Below are positions 41,306 through 53,789 of a stretch of 64,000 bases of DNA, piece by piece (position 1 is the first letter of the stretch; each line of letters opens with the position of its first letter). Below the pieces are notes generated by a model. It was not told the DNA's origin, did not search any database, and was given only the letters and a program-made list of their open reading frames with translations. Both the position numbers and the translations under genes were made by a program. The stretch comes from Thermodesulfobacteriota bacterium (lineage in GTDB: Bacteria > Desulfobacterota_D > UBA1144 > Nemesobacterales > Mycalebacteriaceae): contig OZ245366.1 of the NCBI GenBank assembly GCA_965226585.1, forward strand, positions 1,056,001 to 1,120,000, read 5' to 3'.

Positions 41306-42886
41306 CTATTCCTTAACCCGCAAGACGACAAACATATTGCCCCCCGCTCTGCGCATAAGAAGACGCGCGCTTTTTTCCTTCTTTATTTTCTTCAGGGATT
41401 CCTCGCATTCGGCAACTGATTTTATCTCTTTGCCGTTCACTTTAACTATCACGTCTCCCTCTTTAACGCCCGCCGCTTGCGCCGGACTGCCGGGATCAAT
41501 GCCAACCACAACAACTCCGCTTGAGTAGTCCAGGCTGTAACGCCGCACGATGGCGGGGGTGATTTCCGCGATGTGCATTCCCGTGAGAGATTTCCGGGGC
41601 TCGCTCTTTTCCTTCCGTTTGTTCCGCTTCTGCGTGGCGGATTCTTTCAGAGTGTCTTTCATCCGCGCGATTTTGATTTTCAGGGTTTTCTTCGAGCCGT
41701 CTCTGAAAATCTTAACCTTCGCCTTTGTGCCGGGTTTCAAGTTGGCGACAATCCTCGGAAGGTCGGTCGCCTCTTCCACCTTTGAGCCCTGAAACTCAAG
41801 TATCACGTCTCCGGGTTTCATTCCCGCGCGCTCGGCGGGGCTGTCTTTGAACACCTCGTTCACAAGCGCGCCTTCGGGTTTTTTCAGACCGAAACTTTTG
41901 GCAATACCTTCGGTCAATATCTGAATGGAAACCCCTATCCATCCCCTTGTGACCGAGCCCTTTTTCTTCAACTGCCGCACGATGCTCTCAACCGTGGCGG
42001 ACGGGATTGAGAAACCTATGCCCTGCCCGCGAGACGCTATAGCCGTGTTGACCCCGATAACAAACCCCCGCAGATTGAACAGGGGGCCTCCGCTGTTGCC
42101 CGGATTCAGAGGGGCGTCTGTCTGGATAAAGTTGTCATACGCTCCCATGTTGAGAGACCTTCCCTTCGCGCTGACTATTCCGGCGGTTACCGTGTAGCCG
42201 AATCCAAGCGGGTTGCCGATGGCGAAAACCCACTCCCCTATTCTCAGTTTTTCAGAATCCCCGAAACGGACGGGAACCAGTTTTTCACGCGATGATTTGA
42301 TATCTATTTTTATCAGGGCGATGTCTGTTTTCGGGTCTGTGCCGACTACTTCGGCTATGTATTTCGAGCCGTTTGAAAGCGTTACCTCTATCTTTTCCGC
42401 GCTCGCGATAACGTGCTCGTTTGTTACGATATGCCCTTGAGAATCAAGTATAAAACCGGAGCCAACCCCTCTGTTTTTGAACTCCCGCTGTTCCGGTATG
42501 CGTCCGAAGAAGTTCCCGAAGAAATCCTCAAACATATCCCCCTGTCCGCCGCCGAACGGGAAAAGCCCTTGCCCGCCGCCTCCGAACTTTGAAACCGATA
42601 CCGTGCTTATGTTGACGACAGACGGTTTGTGCCTGTCAACAAGGTCTGCGAAAGATGGAAAAGCGTCGCCGCCGTTATTTTTGAAAACATGCCCGGGTTT
42701 TTCCGTCTTCAGAGGCGGTGAGAGAGTTTTTGCCTCGCCTTGCTCCATCTCCTCAACTTCTTCGTAGGATTCCTCCTGAAGCGGGGAGGGCATATACGCC
42801 TCACCGGTGAAAGAAAACCCCCGCGATATGAGGACGCCGAGGGCGACCGCGACTATGGCGAACAAAATCAGGTTTGTGTTTCTCAT
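41306..42886 (-). CDS. degP: DegP/DegQ (HtrA, Do-family) serine protease
   Basis: GSGF, TNEHV, TDIAL, QTDAPLNPGNSGGPL, two PDZ domains. Confidence 0.93.
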   Translation of the reverse strand: MRNTNLILFAIVAVALGVLISRGFSFTGEAYMPSPLQEESYEEVEEMEQGEAKTLSPPLKTEKPGHVFKNNGGDAFPSFADLVDRHKPSVVNISTVSVSKFGGGGQGLFPFGGGQGDMFEDFFGNFFGRIPEQREFKNRGVGSGFILDSQGHIVTNEHVIASAEKIEVTLSNGSKYIAEVVGTDPKTDIALIKIDIKSSREKLVPVRFGDSEKLRIGEWVFAIGNPLGFGYTVTAGIVSAKGRSLNMGAYDNFIQTDAPLNPGNSGGPLFNLRGFVIGVNTAIASRGQGIGFSIPSATVESIVRQLKKKGSVTRGWIGVSIQILTEGIAKSFGLKKPEGALVNEVFKDSPAERAGMKPGDVILEFQGSKVEEATDLPRIVANLKPGTKAKVKIFRDGSKKTLKIKIARMKDTLKESATQKRNKRKEKSEPRKSLTGMHIAEITPAIVRRYSLDYSSGVVVVGIDPGSPAQAAGVKEGDVIVKVNGKEIKSVAECEESLKKIKKEKSARLLMRRAGGNMFVVLRVKE

Positions 42887-43440
42887 TCAAACGCTCCTTT
42901 TATTTTTTCAAAATCCGTTTCCGCGCGAAGAAGGCGAACCGCTTCCGAAGCGACCTCATCAGGACACATACCGTCGGTTTCTATTGTGAAATCGGCGGCC
43001 TCATAGAAACGCTCGCGCTCTGAAAGCAGGCGCGCCGCCTCCGCCCCGGGATTGTCAACCTTGAGAAGGGGACGCGGGGCGTCCTGTGAAATTCTCCGCA
43101 TAAGGGTTTCGACCTTCGCCTTCAAGTATATAACAACTCCCGACTGCGCCATAACCGCGCGGTTGCTCTCTGAAATAACAACCCCGCCGCCGGTTGAGAC
43201 CACGCAAAAGCCGCCGCGGGCGCAGAGCGCGGCAAGGGCTTCGGTTTCAATTCTTCTGAACTCCGGCTCTCCAAGCGATGAGATTATATCGTCTATGCTT
43301 GCGGACTGTCTGTGACTTATAAACTCGTCAAGGTCGCAGAACTTCGCGCCCGTTGCCGAAGCAATCGCCCCGGCGGCGGTGGTTTTTCCGGCTCCCATGA
43401 AACCGGTAAGAAAGATTTTTTCAAGATTTTTTGACGCCAA
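42883..43440 (-). CDS. aroK: Shikimate kinase
   Basis: GFMGAGKT, GEPEFR, STGGG, RPLL; likely TTG start at 43440. Confidence 0.93.
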   Translation of the reverse strand: MASKNLEKIFLTGFMGAGKTTAAGAIASATGAKFCDLDEFISHRQSASIDDIISSLGEPEFRRIETEALAALCARGGFCVVSTGGGVVISESNRAVMAQSGVVIYLKAKVETLMRRISQDAPRPLLKVDNPGAEAARLLSERERFYEAADFTIETDGMCPDEVASEAVRLLRAETDFEKIKGAFE

Positions 43441-44023
43441 AATCACCCAGCCTCTCAACGTATTTCGCAATAATATCGCATTCAAAATTAACCCCGTCTC
43501 CGGCTGATAAAGACGCAAAGGTCGTGTGCGACAGCGTGTAGGGTATCACGTTCACGGAGAAATCCACGCCGGTCGCCTCGTTAACAGTCAGGCTCACGCC
43601 GTCTATCGCTATGCAGCCCTTGGGCGCGACATATTTCATAAAACCGCCGGGAAGCGAAAAACGGAACTCAACGGAATCTCCGCGCTTCCCGGTTGACTCA
43701 ACCCTTCCGACCCCGTCTATGTGCCCCGTTACTATATGACCGCCCATCAGCCCTTCGGGAGTTACCGAACGCTCCAGATTGACGACCTTCCCTTCGGCAA
43801 CATCCGCCATCGTTGTTCGCGAAACCGTTTCCGATGACATCTGCGTTGTGAAGCCGCCATCTTCAGTGGAAACAACTGTCAGGCAGATTCCGCTTACCGA
43901 AACGCTGTCGCCGGGTTTGAACAGTTCGCCCCCCGCAGACAAAGGGCGTATACCGATAACGGTGTCGCCGCCCGGGCGGACAAAACTCACAACTCCTGTG
44001 TCTTCAACTATTCCCGTGAACAT
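43421..44023 (-). CDS. ribE: Riboflavin synthase (alpha chain)
   Basis: MFTGIVE, GICLTV, VNLER, GGHIVTGHID, DGVSLTV. Confidence 0.95.
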   Translation of the reverse strand: MFTGIVEDTGVVSFVRPGGDTVIGIRPLSAGGELFKPGDSVSVSGICLTVVSTEDGGFTTQMSSETVSRTTMADVAEGKVVNLERSVTPEGLMGGHIVTGHIDGVGRVESTGKRGDSVEFRFSLPGGFMKYVAPKGCIAIDGVSLTVNEATGVDFSVNVIPYTLSHTTFASLSAGDGVNFECDIIAKYVERLGDFGVKKS

Positions 44024-44501
44024 CTCTGCGACCGCCTACACCAAGCAAACTTATCACAAGCACCGCCACGCCCACAGTTATAAACATGTCCGCCATGTTG
44101 AACGCGGGCCAGCGCAGAGTTTCGCTTCCGAACCAGTGAATGTCTATAAAATCCGTAACGGAGCCCGCGCCGAACCTGTCAATGGAGTTCCCTATCGCGC
44201 CCCCCGTGATAAACGCAACGGGCAGAACTCTTCCGCCGCTCCTCAAGAAAAGCGCGGCAAAAAGAGCCGCCGCCGCAAGCGCGCCCGAGTATAAAATAAA
44301 TCGGGAAACGCCTCCCAAATCCCGCAACATTCCAAATGCTATGCCCGTGTTTTTGTAGTGAACTATGTCGAGAAAAGGCAGAACCTGATACTGCGCCCCG
44401 GGCGCGACCATTTCGGAAACGGCGGACTTTGTAACCCTGTCAAGGACGACAATCAGAACAACCGCCGCGGAAAAAACAACATATCTTCGGGATAACATCA
44501 A
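44004..44501 (-). CDS. lspA: Lipoprotein signal peptidase
   Basis: NTGIAFG, GAIGNSIDR, VTDFI, WPAFNMAD. Confidence 0.95.
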   Translation of the reverse strand: MMLSRRYVVFSAAVVLIVVLDRVTKSAVSEMVAPGAQYQVLPFLDIVHYKNTGIAFGMLRDLGGVSRFILYSGALAAAALFAALFLRSGGRVLPVAFITGGAIGNSIDRFGAGSVTDFIDIHWFGSETLRWPAFNMADMFITVGVAVLVISLLGVGGRRDVHGNS

Positions 44502-45025
44502 AGCCCCCGCCCCGGTTTTTCATGGAAAAGGCAGATGGAGTTGACGCAATACCTTTTTCCGGTCGGCTTTGGACCGTCATTAAAAACGTGCCCCAGATGC
44601 GCGCCGCAACGCGAGCAGACTATCTCGGTGCGCGACATTCCGAATAAATTGTCAGGCTTGTACCCAACCGCGCCCTTTTTGATGGGACGCCAGAAACTGG
44701 GCCATCCGGTGCGCGAGTCGTATTTCTGTTCGGAGGAAAAAAGTTTAAGCCCGCAACTTGAACAGCGGTACACGCCTTTTTTGTAAAACTTGTTGTATTT
44801 GCCCGTGCCCGGATACTCGGTTCCGCCCTGCCTGCATATTCTGAAACGCTTGTTTGAGAGAGCCGAGCGCCAGTAAGAATTGCTCTTTGATCTCCAGTCA
44901 ACCTTGTCCGGGTTTATTCCTTCAAGGTGCGAAGGAGGTTTCTCCGCCGCCGCCCCAAGCGCGAAAAAGAGCGCGAGCAGGAAAAAAACTGCGGGCACAA
45001 ACGCCCGTGAAAAAAATTTCGGCAT
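44498..45025 (-). CDS. msrB: Peptide-methionine (R)-S-oxide reductase with signal peptide
   Basis: GTE, KYDS.TGWPSF, HLGHVF.DGP, RYCVNS; N-terminal signal peptide. Confidence 0.94.
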   Translation of the reverse strand: MPKFFSRAFVPAVFFLLALFFALGAAAEKPPSHLEGINPDKVDWRSKSNSYWRSALSNKRFRICRQGGTEYPGTGKYNKFYKKGVYRCSSCGLKLFSSEQKYDSRTGWPSFWRPIKKGAVGYKPDNLFGMSRTEIVCSRCGAHLGHVFNDGPKPTGKRYCVNSICLFHEKPGRGL

Positions 45026-45039
45026 CTCGGCTGAAAGCC

Positions 45040-45513
45040 CTAGTCTATCCCGGCTATCACAAACTCCCTCAGTCCGCCGGGAACCATAACCTTGACCTCA
45101 TCACCCGTCTCCTTGCCGACAAAGGCTCTGCCGATGGGAGATGTGATGGAGATGAGTCCGTTGTCCGGGTCAGTCTCGTCCGGGCCTACGAGTTGATATT
45201 TTTTCGTGTCGCCGGTGTCGACATCTTCAACCGTAACGGTGAGACCGAAAACAACCTTGTCTTTGTTTTTTATCTGTTTGGGGTCTATCACCTCGGCAAG
45301 CCCTATTTTGGCTTCAAGGTCTTTTATCTTTCCCTCAACCATCGATTGCTTGTTTTTCGCGGTTTCATATTCGGCGTTCTCTGAAAGGTCGCCGAGACTG
45401 CGGGCGTACTCAATCTGCTTTATCACTTCGGGACGCTCAACATTTTTGAGATGAGTCAACTCCTTTTTGAGTTTCTCATATCCTCCCGGTGTCATTGGAA
45501 CTCTGTCACTCAT
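45040..45513 (-). CDS. greA: Transcription elongation factor GreA
   Basis: GDLSENAEY, ISITSPIG. Confidence 0.96.
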   Translation of the reverse strand: MSDRVPMTPGGYEKLKKELTHLKNVERPEVIKQIEYARSLGDLSENAEYETAKNKQSMVEGKIKDLEAKIGLAEVIDPKQIKNKDKVVFGLTVTVEDVDTGDTKKYQLVGPDETDPDNGLISITSPIGRAFVGKETGDEVKVMVPGGLREFVIAGID

Positions 45514-45552
45514 TTGATTAATGGGAGCCTCCGCCCCGCGCAAGAAAAGATT

Positions 45553-48500
45553 CTATAGAATCGCCCCGGAATTCTCAAAGTCTTGAAGAGCCGTTACGGT
45601 CAATTTTTCGCCCGATATTTCCTCTATCGCCCCGGTCGCGGCTTTCGCGCCCTCTATGGTTGTGAAATATGGAATGGAGTTCACAAGCGAAGTGCGCCTT
45701 ATTGAAAACGACTGCAAAACCTGCTCTTTGCCGGTTGTGGTGTTGATTACAAGGTGTATGCCTTTGTTTTTAAGACTGTCAACCACGTTGGGTCTGCCCT
45801 CTTTCACTTTCTTGATGCGCTCGCACGGCACTCCGCCCTCAGAGAGAAACCGCGCCGTTCCCGTTGTGGCGACTATTTCAAAACCCGCCGCCTTCAACCG
45901 GCGCGCGATGTCTATGGCGGTTTCGGTTTTGTCTTCGTCCCGCACGCTTACAAAGGCGGTTCCGGAAACCGGAAGCGAGTTGCCCGCCGCGATTTGCGAC
46001 TTCGCAAAAGCGCGGTTGATGTCTGCGTCCATGCCCATAACCTCGCCGGTGGATTTCATTTCGGGCCCCAGTATTGTGTCTTCACCGGGAAAACGCAGGA
46101 ACGGAAAAACCGACTCTTTCACGCAAAACAGACGCGGCTCAACCTCTTTTGTGAATCCTATTTCCTCAAGCGTCATTCCGGACATAATGCGCGTTGCCAC
46201 CTTCGCAAGCGGAACGCCTATGGCTTTGCTTATAAACGGCACCGTTCTGCTTGCCCTCGGATTGACCTCAATGATGAACACCTCGCCGTCTTTCACGGCG
46301 AACTGCACGTTGATAAGACCGCGAACACCCAGCGCGAGCGCGAGCGATTTTGTCTGGGCGACTATTTCGTCAACCACCTTTTTCTCCATTGACACCGGCG
46401 GCGTTACCATCGCGCTGTCGCCCGAATGAACTCCCGCCTCCTCTATGTGCTCCATCACCGCCCCAACCACAACCGTTTTCCCGTCGCAAACGGCGTCAAC
46501 ATCAACCTCGCCGGCGTTTTTCATAAACTCGTCTATCAGTATCGGACGGTTGGGGGAAACCCTCACCGCCTCGTTTATGTAGCGCACAAGGTCGTCTTTT
46601 CTGTAAACAATCTCCATCGCCCTGCCGCCGAGAACATAAGAAGGACGCACCACAACCGGATACCCTATTTCTTCCGCCCTGCTCACCGCCTCATCCGCGC
46701 TTCGCGCTATCGCCCCGGCGGGCTGTTTAAGCCCCAGTTGCTCAACCAGTTTGTTGAATCTCTCCCTGTCTTCGGCAAGGTCTATGCTGTCGGGCGGAGT
46801 GCCCATTATCTTCACCCCGCGCTTCTCAAGCGGAAGCGCCAGATTGAGCGGCGTCTGTCCGCCGAAATTGACTATCACGCCTTCGGGCTTCTCTCTGTCC
46901 ACTATGGAGAGAACATCTTCAAGCGTAAGCGGCTCAAAGTAGAGACGGTCTGAAGTGTCGTAATCCGTGCTGACGGTTTCGGGGTTGCAGTTGACCATAA
47001 TTGTTTCATATCCCCGCTCCTTCATCGCGAAAGCGGCGTGAACACAGCAGTAGTCAAACTCTATGCCCTGCCCTATCCTGTTTGGACCGCCGCCGAGAAT
47101 AACCACCTTTTTGCCTTCAGAAACCGGCGCTTCGCTCTCAGGGTCGTACGAGGAATACAGATACGGCGTGTAAGACTCAAACTCCGCCGCGCAAGTGTCC
47201 ACCATTTTATATGATGGAACGATACCAAGCCGCGCCCTTGCCCGTCTGATATCTTCCTCCGTGTTTCCGGTCAGTTTCGCGATGGCAAGGTCTGAAAAAC
47301 CCATCTCCTTCGACCGCCTGATAACTTCGGAGCCCGGAAGAGAGCCCTTGCAGTTTCTTATCACCGCCTCGTGCTCCACTATCTGGCGTATGTTGCGGAT
47401 AAACCACGGGTCTATTGAGCTGAGGCCGTGTATCTCATCCTCGTCAAAGCCGAGGCGGAAAGCGTCTGCTATGAACCACAGCCTGTCGGGACCGGGTGTG
47501 CTCAGTTTCTGCCTGACCTCCTCTTTGTCATCTGTGATTTGCTCAAAAAATGGGTAATCCGCCTCAAGGGATCGGACTGCTTTTTGCAGAGATTCTTTGA
47601 AAGTTCTTCCCATCGCCATCGCCTCGCCAACGGATTTCATCTGCGTTGTAAGCGTGGAAGAGGTATTGCGGAACTTCTCAAACGCGAAGCGGGGAATCTT
47701 CACCACAACGTAGTCTATGGTGGGCTCAAACGATGCCGGTGTGTGGCGCGTTATGTCGTTTGATATCTCATCAAGCGTGTATCCCACGGCAAGTTTCGCG
47801 GCTATTTTGGCTATGGGGAAACCGGTTGCTTTTGATGCGAGCGCGGAACTGCGGGAAACTCGCGGGTTCATCTCAATCACAACAAACTCGCCGTTTTCGG
47901 GGTTCACGGCAAACTGTATGTTGGAGCCGCCCGTGTCCACGCCTATCTCCCTGATGATGGCAACCGAGGCGTCTCTGAGGCGTTGATATTCCACATCCGT
48001 GAGGGTTTGCGCCGGGGCAACCGTTATGCTGTCTCCCGTGTGAACGCCCATTGGGTCAAGGTTTTCAATGGAGCAGATGATAACCACGTTGTCTTTGAGG
48101 TCTCTCATGACCTCCAGTTCAAACTCTTTCCAGCCCAGAACCGACTCCTCTATCAGAATTTCCCGTGTGGGGCTTGAATCCAGCCCCGCTTCGGCGTAGA
48201 GGGGAAACTCCTCTTTGTTGTAGGCGATGCTTCCGCCGCTTCCGCCGAGGGTGAATGAAGACCGTATAATCGCCGGAAACCCTATTTTTTCAACCACTTT
48301 CCATGCTTCGTCCATGTTGTGCGCAAGCCCGCTTTTGGGGAGTTGGAGCCCGATTTTCAAAACGGCTTCCTTGAACAGTTCCCTGCTTTCCGCCTTTTTG
48401 ATTGCCTCAAGGTTGGCTCCTATGAGTTTAACGCCGAACTTTTCAAGCGTGCCGTCTTCGGCAAGGGCAACCGCCGTGTTAAGCGCCGTCTGTCCTCCGA

Positions 48501-48768
48501 GAGTGGGCAGAAGCGCGTCCGGACGCTCTTTTTCAATGATTTTCGCGACTGTTTTCGGCTCAATCGGCTCTATGTACGTGCGATCCGCCACCGAGGGGTC
48601 TGTCATTATGGTTGCCGGGTTGCTGTTTATGAGGATTGTTTTGTATCCGTCACTCCTCAGGGCTTTGCACGCCTGAGTTCCGGAATAGTCAAACTCGCAC
48701 GCCTGCCCGATAACTATCGGGCCGGAGCCGATAAGCAGAATGCTTTTGATATCAGTTCTTTTCGGCAT
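45553..48768 (-). CDS. carB: Carbamoyl-phosphate synthase large subunit
   Basis: [40 protein letters not shown] domain. Confidence 0.98.
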   Translation of the reverse strand: MPKRTDIKSILLIGSGPIVIGQACEFDYSGTQACKALRSDGYKTILINSNPATIMTDPSVADRTYIEPIEPKTVAKIIEKERPDALLPTLGGQTALNTAVALAEDGTLEKFGVKLIGANLEAIKKAESRELFKEAVLKIGLQLPKSGLAHNMDEAWKVVEKIGFPAIIRSSFTLGGSGGSIAYNKEEFPLYAEAGLDSSPTREILIEESVLGWKEFELEVMRDLKDNVVIICSIENLDPMGVHTGDSITVAPAQTLTDVEYQRLRDASVAIIREIGVDTGGSNIQFAVNPENGEFVVIEMNPRVSRSSALASKATGFPIAKIAAKLAVGYTLDEISNDITRHTPASFEPTIDYVVVKIPRFAFEKFRNTSSTLTTQMKSVGEAMAMGRTFKESLQKAVRSLEADYPFFEQITDDKEEVRQKLSTPGPDRLWFIADAFRLGFDEDEIHGLSSIDPWFIRNIRQIVEHEAVIRNCKGSLPGSEVIRRSKEMGFSDLAIAKLTGNTEEDIRRARARLGIVPSYKMVDTCAAEFESYTPYLYSSYDPESEAPVSEGKKVVILGGGPNRIGQGIEFDYCCVHAAFAMKERGYETIMVNCNPETVSTDYDTSDRLYFEPLTLEDVLSIVDREKPEGVIVNFGGQTPLNLALPLEKRGVKIMGTPPDSIDLAEDRERFNKLVEQLGLKQPAGAIARSADEAVSRAEEIGYPVVVRPSYVLGGRAMEIVYRKDDLVRYINEAVRVSPNRPILIDEFMKNAGEVDVDAVCDGKTVVVGAVMEHIEEAGVHSGDSAMVTPPVSMEKKVVDEIVAQTKSLALALGVRGLINVQFAVKDGEVFIIEVNPRASRTVPFISKAIGVPLAKVATRIMSGMTLEEIGFTKEVEPRLFCVKESVFPFLRFPGEDTILGPEMKSTGEVMGMDADINRAFAKSQIAAGNSLPVSGTAFVSVRDEDKTETAIDIARRLKAAGFEIVATTGTARFLSEGGVPCERIKKVKEGRPNVVDSLKNKGIHLVINTTTGKEQVLQSFSIRRTSLVNSIPYFTTIEGAKAATGAIEEISGEKLTVTALQDFENSGAIL

Positions 48769-48781
48769 GGGAAATTTCGGT

Positions 48782-48815
48782 CTCAAGTTATACCGGAGAA
48801 ACACTTGAGGCGCAA
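48782..48815 (-). promoter_or_regulatory. Putative carB promoter with overlapping inverted repeat
   Basis: TTGCGC-17 nt-TATAAC on the minus strand; CTCAAGT (48782-48788) / ACTTGAG (48803-48809) inverted repeat. Confidence 0.5.
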
Positions 48816-48959
48816 CAACGGAGCCGGACGGGAAAGCCGGAAAACCGCCCGCCGGACGGGAGAGAAAACGCAAAAAAGGTTAACAGAACCACTTAACAAA
48901 CAGAACATTAGAAACCATACAAACAATAACTTATAACTCCCTGTATATCCTGTATATTT

Positions 48960-50774
<1,815 letters not shown>

Positions 50775-50776
50775 CT

Positions 50777-51808
50777 ATGGGCGCGACAACCGTTCTCGGA
50801 ATAGAGTCTTCATGCGATGAAACCTCCGCGTCTGTGGTTGCGGACGGAAAAGAGATTCTCTCTAACGTTGTGTCATCGCAGATATCACAGCACAAGCCGT
50901 TTGGCGGAGTTGTGCCCGAACTGGCTTCCAGAAAGCATCTTGAAGCCATAATCCCCGTGATTGAGGAGGCACTTGATACCGCAGGGGCGGGGCTTGACGA
51001 TATAGACGCGGTAGCCGTAACTCAAGGTCCCGGGCTTCTGGGCTGTCTGATGATAGGGCTCACGGCGGCAAAGTCTCTTTGTGTCGCTCTTGGCAAACCG
51101 CTTGTCGCGGTCAACCACCTGCACGCCCACGCCGCCGCCGTAACCATAGAGCGGGAGATGGAACTGCCCTTTGTCGCCCTTGTTGTTTCCGGCGGACACA
51201 CAAGCCTCTACCTTGTTAAAACCCTCACAGACCTTGAGATTCTCAGCACAACCCGTGATGACGCCGCCGGAGAGGCGTTTGACAAAGCCGCCAAAGCGCT
51301 GGGGCTGGGTTATCCCGGAGGGGCGGAGATAGACCGCCTGGCAAAAAGCGGAGACCCTGACAAAATCGCCTTCCCGCGACCGCTTTCAGAAAGCGGCACC
51401 CTGTGGTTCAGTTTCAGCGGTCTTAAAACATCTCTTGTCTATTCCATACAGAAAAACGGCTCCCCGTCCGCCGCCGCTCTGCCAGATGTTTGCGCCGGTT
51501 ATCAGGAGGCGATTGTTGACTCGCTTATTGAAAAATCTCTTCTTGCGGTGAAAAAAACCGGTGTGAGAAACTTCGCCATAACGGGCGGGGTCGCGTGCAA
51601 TTCGCGGCTCAGGGAAAAATCAGCGCGGGCGTTTGAAAAAGAGAACATAAAACTCGCCATTCCGTCCGTCTCTCTGTGCACTGACAACGGCGCGATGATA
51701 GCCGCCCTCGGTTTCCATCTGTTGAAAGACGGGCAGACGGCGGCGCCGGATATTTCCGCATTTTCAACCTCGCGGATGAAAATAAAGCGCGGAAGCGCGG
51801 AGTTTTAA
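50777..51808 (+). CDS. tsaD: tRNA t6A threonylcarbamoyltransferase TsaD
   Basis: LGIESSCDET, GGVVPELASRKH, VNHLHAH, SGGHT, DDAAGEAFDK, TDNGAMI. Confidence 0.97.
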   Translation: MGATTVLGIESSCDETSASVVADGKEILSNVVSSQISQHKPFGGVVPELASRKHLEAIIPVIEEALDTAGAGLDDIDAVAVTQGPGLLGCLMIGLTAAKSLCVALGKPLVAVNHLHAHAAAVTIEREMELPFVALVVSGGHTSLYLVKTLTDLEILSTTRDDAAGEAFDKAAKALGLGYPGGAEIDRLAKSGDPDKIAFPRPLSESGTLWFSFSGLKTSLVYSIQKNGSPSAAALPDVCAGYQEAIVDSLIEKSLLAVKKTGVRNFAITGGVACNSRLREKSARAFEKENIKLAIPSVSLCTDNGAMIAALGFHLLKDGQTAAPDISAFSTSRMKIKRGSAEF

Positions 51809-51811
51809 AAC

Positions 51812-53515
51812 CTAATCCACCCGTAGGGAAATTCCTTCGCGCCTCGGGTCTGCGCCGCCTCTGATGCCGCCGGGGGTGAACTCAATGCCGTGAAGACCGC
51901 TTGTGAGTTCGGTAATTTTCACTTTGTGCCCCAGTTTTTTAAGAGCCGGGGCGAGCCTTTCCGCTTTGGTTCCAAGTTCCAGCTCCGTTTCCCCGTTGCG
52001 GTTGACGTAGTGCGGAAGCCCTATGGCGGCTTGAACATCAAGCCCCCAGTCCAGAACCGCGACAACTGTGCGGGCAACGTAGTTGATTATCCTGCTTCCG
52101 CCCGGAGAGCCGATGAGAAGACGCAGGCGGCCGTCTTTGTCAAAAACAATGGTGGGAGACATTGAACTTCTCGGTCTTTTGCCGGACTCAACCCGGTTGG
52201 CTATCAGGCATCCGTTTTCTCCAAATTCGGAAAACGAAAAATCCGTCAGTTGGTTGTTAAGCAGAAATCCGCCCGTCATCAGCCCCGAACCAAACGCCTT
52301 CTCTATGCTTGTGGTCATTGAAACGGCGTTGCCATTTTTGTCAACGATGGACAGGTGAGTGGTTGAAGGATGCTCAACCGCTCCGCCGTTTTGCGCGAGC
52401 GGCGCGCACCCTTTTATTCCGGAAAACGCTCTGCCCATATCGGCGCGGGGGTTTATAAGCCGCGAACGTTCCGAAAGGTATGAGGAATCGGTCAGTTTTC
52501 TGATTGGGACATTGTAAAAATCGGGGTCGGCAATGTGAGAGTTTCTGTCTGCGTAGGCAAGGCGGGCGGCTTGAGTGAAAAGGTGCGCCGCTTTCGGGGA
52601 AAGGGGACGCAAAGACGCCATGTCAAACGGCTCAAGCAGTTTGAGAATTTGAATTACCGTCAGTCCGCCTGAGGTCGGGGGACCCATTCCGCAAACGGTG
52701 TACGAGCGGTATTTCGCGCAAACCGGTTCGCGCCGGGCGGCTTTATAGCGGCGGAAATCAGAAGCTTTAAGAAGCCCGCCCGCAGAGCGGGCCGCGCGGG
52801 AAATCTCTCTTGCGGGGCGTCCGCGGTAGAAAGCCCGCGCGCCTTTTTTTGCCACCGAAGAAAAGCTTTCCGCCATTTCGGGATTTTTCAAAACGGAGCC
52901 CGCGGCAAGAGGTTCGCCTGAGGGGGAAAAGAAATACGCCCGCGCTTTCCGGTATTTGCCGAGGTCTTTGCCGTCATATTTTTTAATCTGCGCGGCAAGA
53001 AGCGGAGAGATTTCAAAACCTTTTTCTGAAAGTTTTATCGCGGGTTCAAAAAGAGTTTTCCATTTCAGTTTGCCGTGTTTTTTGTGCGCTTTTTCAAGCA
53101 TCGCCAGCAAACCCGGAGTTCCAACCGCCCCGCCTTGTGAAGCGGCTTCGCTCCAATCCATCGGCTTTCCGTTTCTGACAAACAGCCCGCCGCCCGCAGA
53201 GCGCGGAGTGGTTTCGCGTCCGTCAAAAGTTGTGAGTTTTTTCGCGCCTTCGTCCCAGTGCAGTAAAAACCCTCCGCCTCCGATGCCGGCAGATTGAGGC
53301 TCAACAAGGTTCAAAACCATCTGCGCCGCTATTGCCGCGTCAAGGGCGGAGCCGCCCCCTCGGAGAATGTCAACCCCCGCGTTAACAGCGTGCGGGTTCG
53401 CCGCGCTCACCATCGCGCCTCCGCCTCCCGTTTTTTCCGCCGCCGCAACGGGCGCGGAAAAGACGGCGCAAACAAAAACGATTTTCAGAAAAACCCGGCG
53501 TGTTTCAAAACTCAT
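51812..53515 (-). CDS. ggt: Gamma-glutamyltransferase with Tat-like signal
   Basis: GIGGGGF, DGRE, TTHLSIVD nucleophile Thr, NNQLTDF, RPRSSMSP, GSPGG; N-terminal TRRVFLK. Confidence 0.95.
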   Translation of the reverse strand: MSFETRRVFLKIVFVCAVFSAPVAAAEKTGGGGAMVSAANPHAVNAGVDILRGGGSALDAAIAAQMVLNLVEPQSAGIGGGGFLLHWDEGAKKLTTFDGRETTPRSAGGGLFVRNGKPMDWSEAASQGGAVGTPGLLAMLEKAHKKHGKLKWKTLFEPAIKLSEKGFEISPLLAAQIKKYDGKDLGKYRKARAYFFSPSGEPLAAGSVLKNPEMAESFSSVAKKGARAFYRGRPAREISRAARSAGGLLKASDFRRYKAARREPVCAKYRSYTVCGMGPPTSGGLTVIQILKLLEPFDMASLRPLSPKAAHLFTQAARLAYADRNSHIADPDFYNVPIRKLTDSSYLSERSRLINPRADMGRAFSGIKGCAPLAQNGGAVEHPSTTHLSIVDKNGNAVSMTTSIEKAFGSGLMTGGFLLNNQLTDFSFSEFGENGCLIANRVESGKRPRSSMSPTIVFDKDGRLRLLIGSPGGSRIINYVARTVVAVLDWGLDVQAAIGLPHYVNRNGETELELGTKAERLAPALKKLGHKVKITELTSGLHGIEFTPGGIRGGADPRREGISLRVD

Positions 53516-53789
53516 AATCAACAACCCTTCTGTCGGTTGCCACATCTTTCAGAAATCCGGCGACCTTCACGTGGTCGGGGTGTTTCTGATAGGCGGCAAG
53601 GGAGTTTACGTCATCAAACTCTGAATACAGAACAACATCCGCCGAAGCGTCTGAGGGTTTTGAGTTGATTCCGGCTTCAATTTTCCGTATTTCGGGAATT
53701 TTGCCGGCAAGCGCTTCAAGCATCTCCTTCAAGGCGGGCGCGTTTTTCTCTCTGTCTTTCAGTCTCCACATAACTATGTGCTTTATCAT
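53505..53789 (-). CDS. Dabb-family (stress-responsive A/B barrel) protein
   Basis: IKHIVMW, YQKHPDH, VVDY. Confidence 0.9.
   Translation of the reverse strand: MIKHIVMWRLKDREKNAPALKEMLEALAGKIPEIRKIEAGINSKPSDASADVVLYSEFDDVNSLAAYQKHPDHVKVAGFLKDVATDRRVVDYEF

Noticed and set aside
45656..46429. Long + strand ORFs opposite carB
   Set aside because: Antisense shadows of a conserved gene
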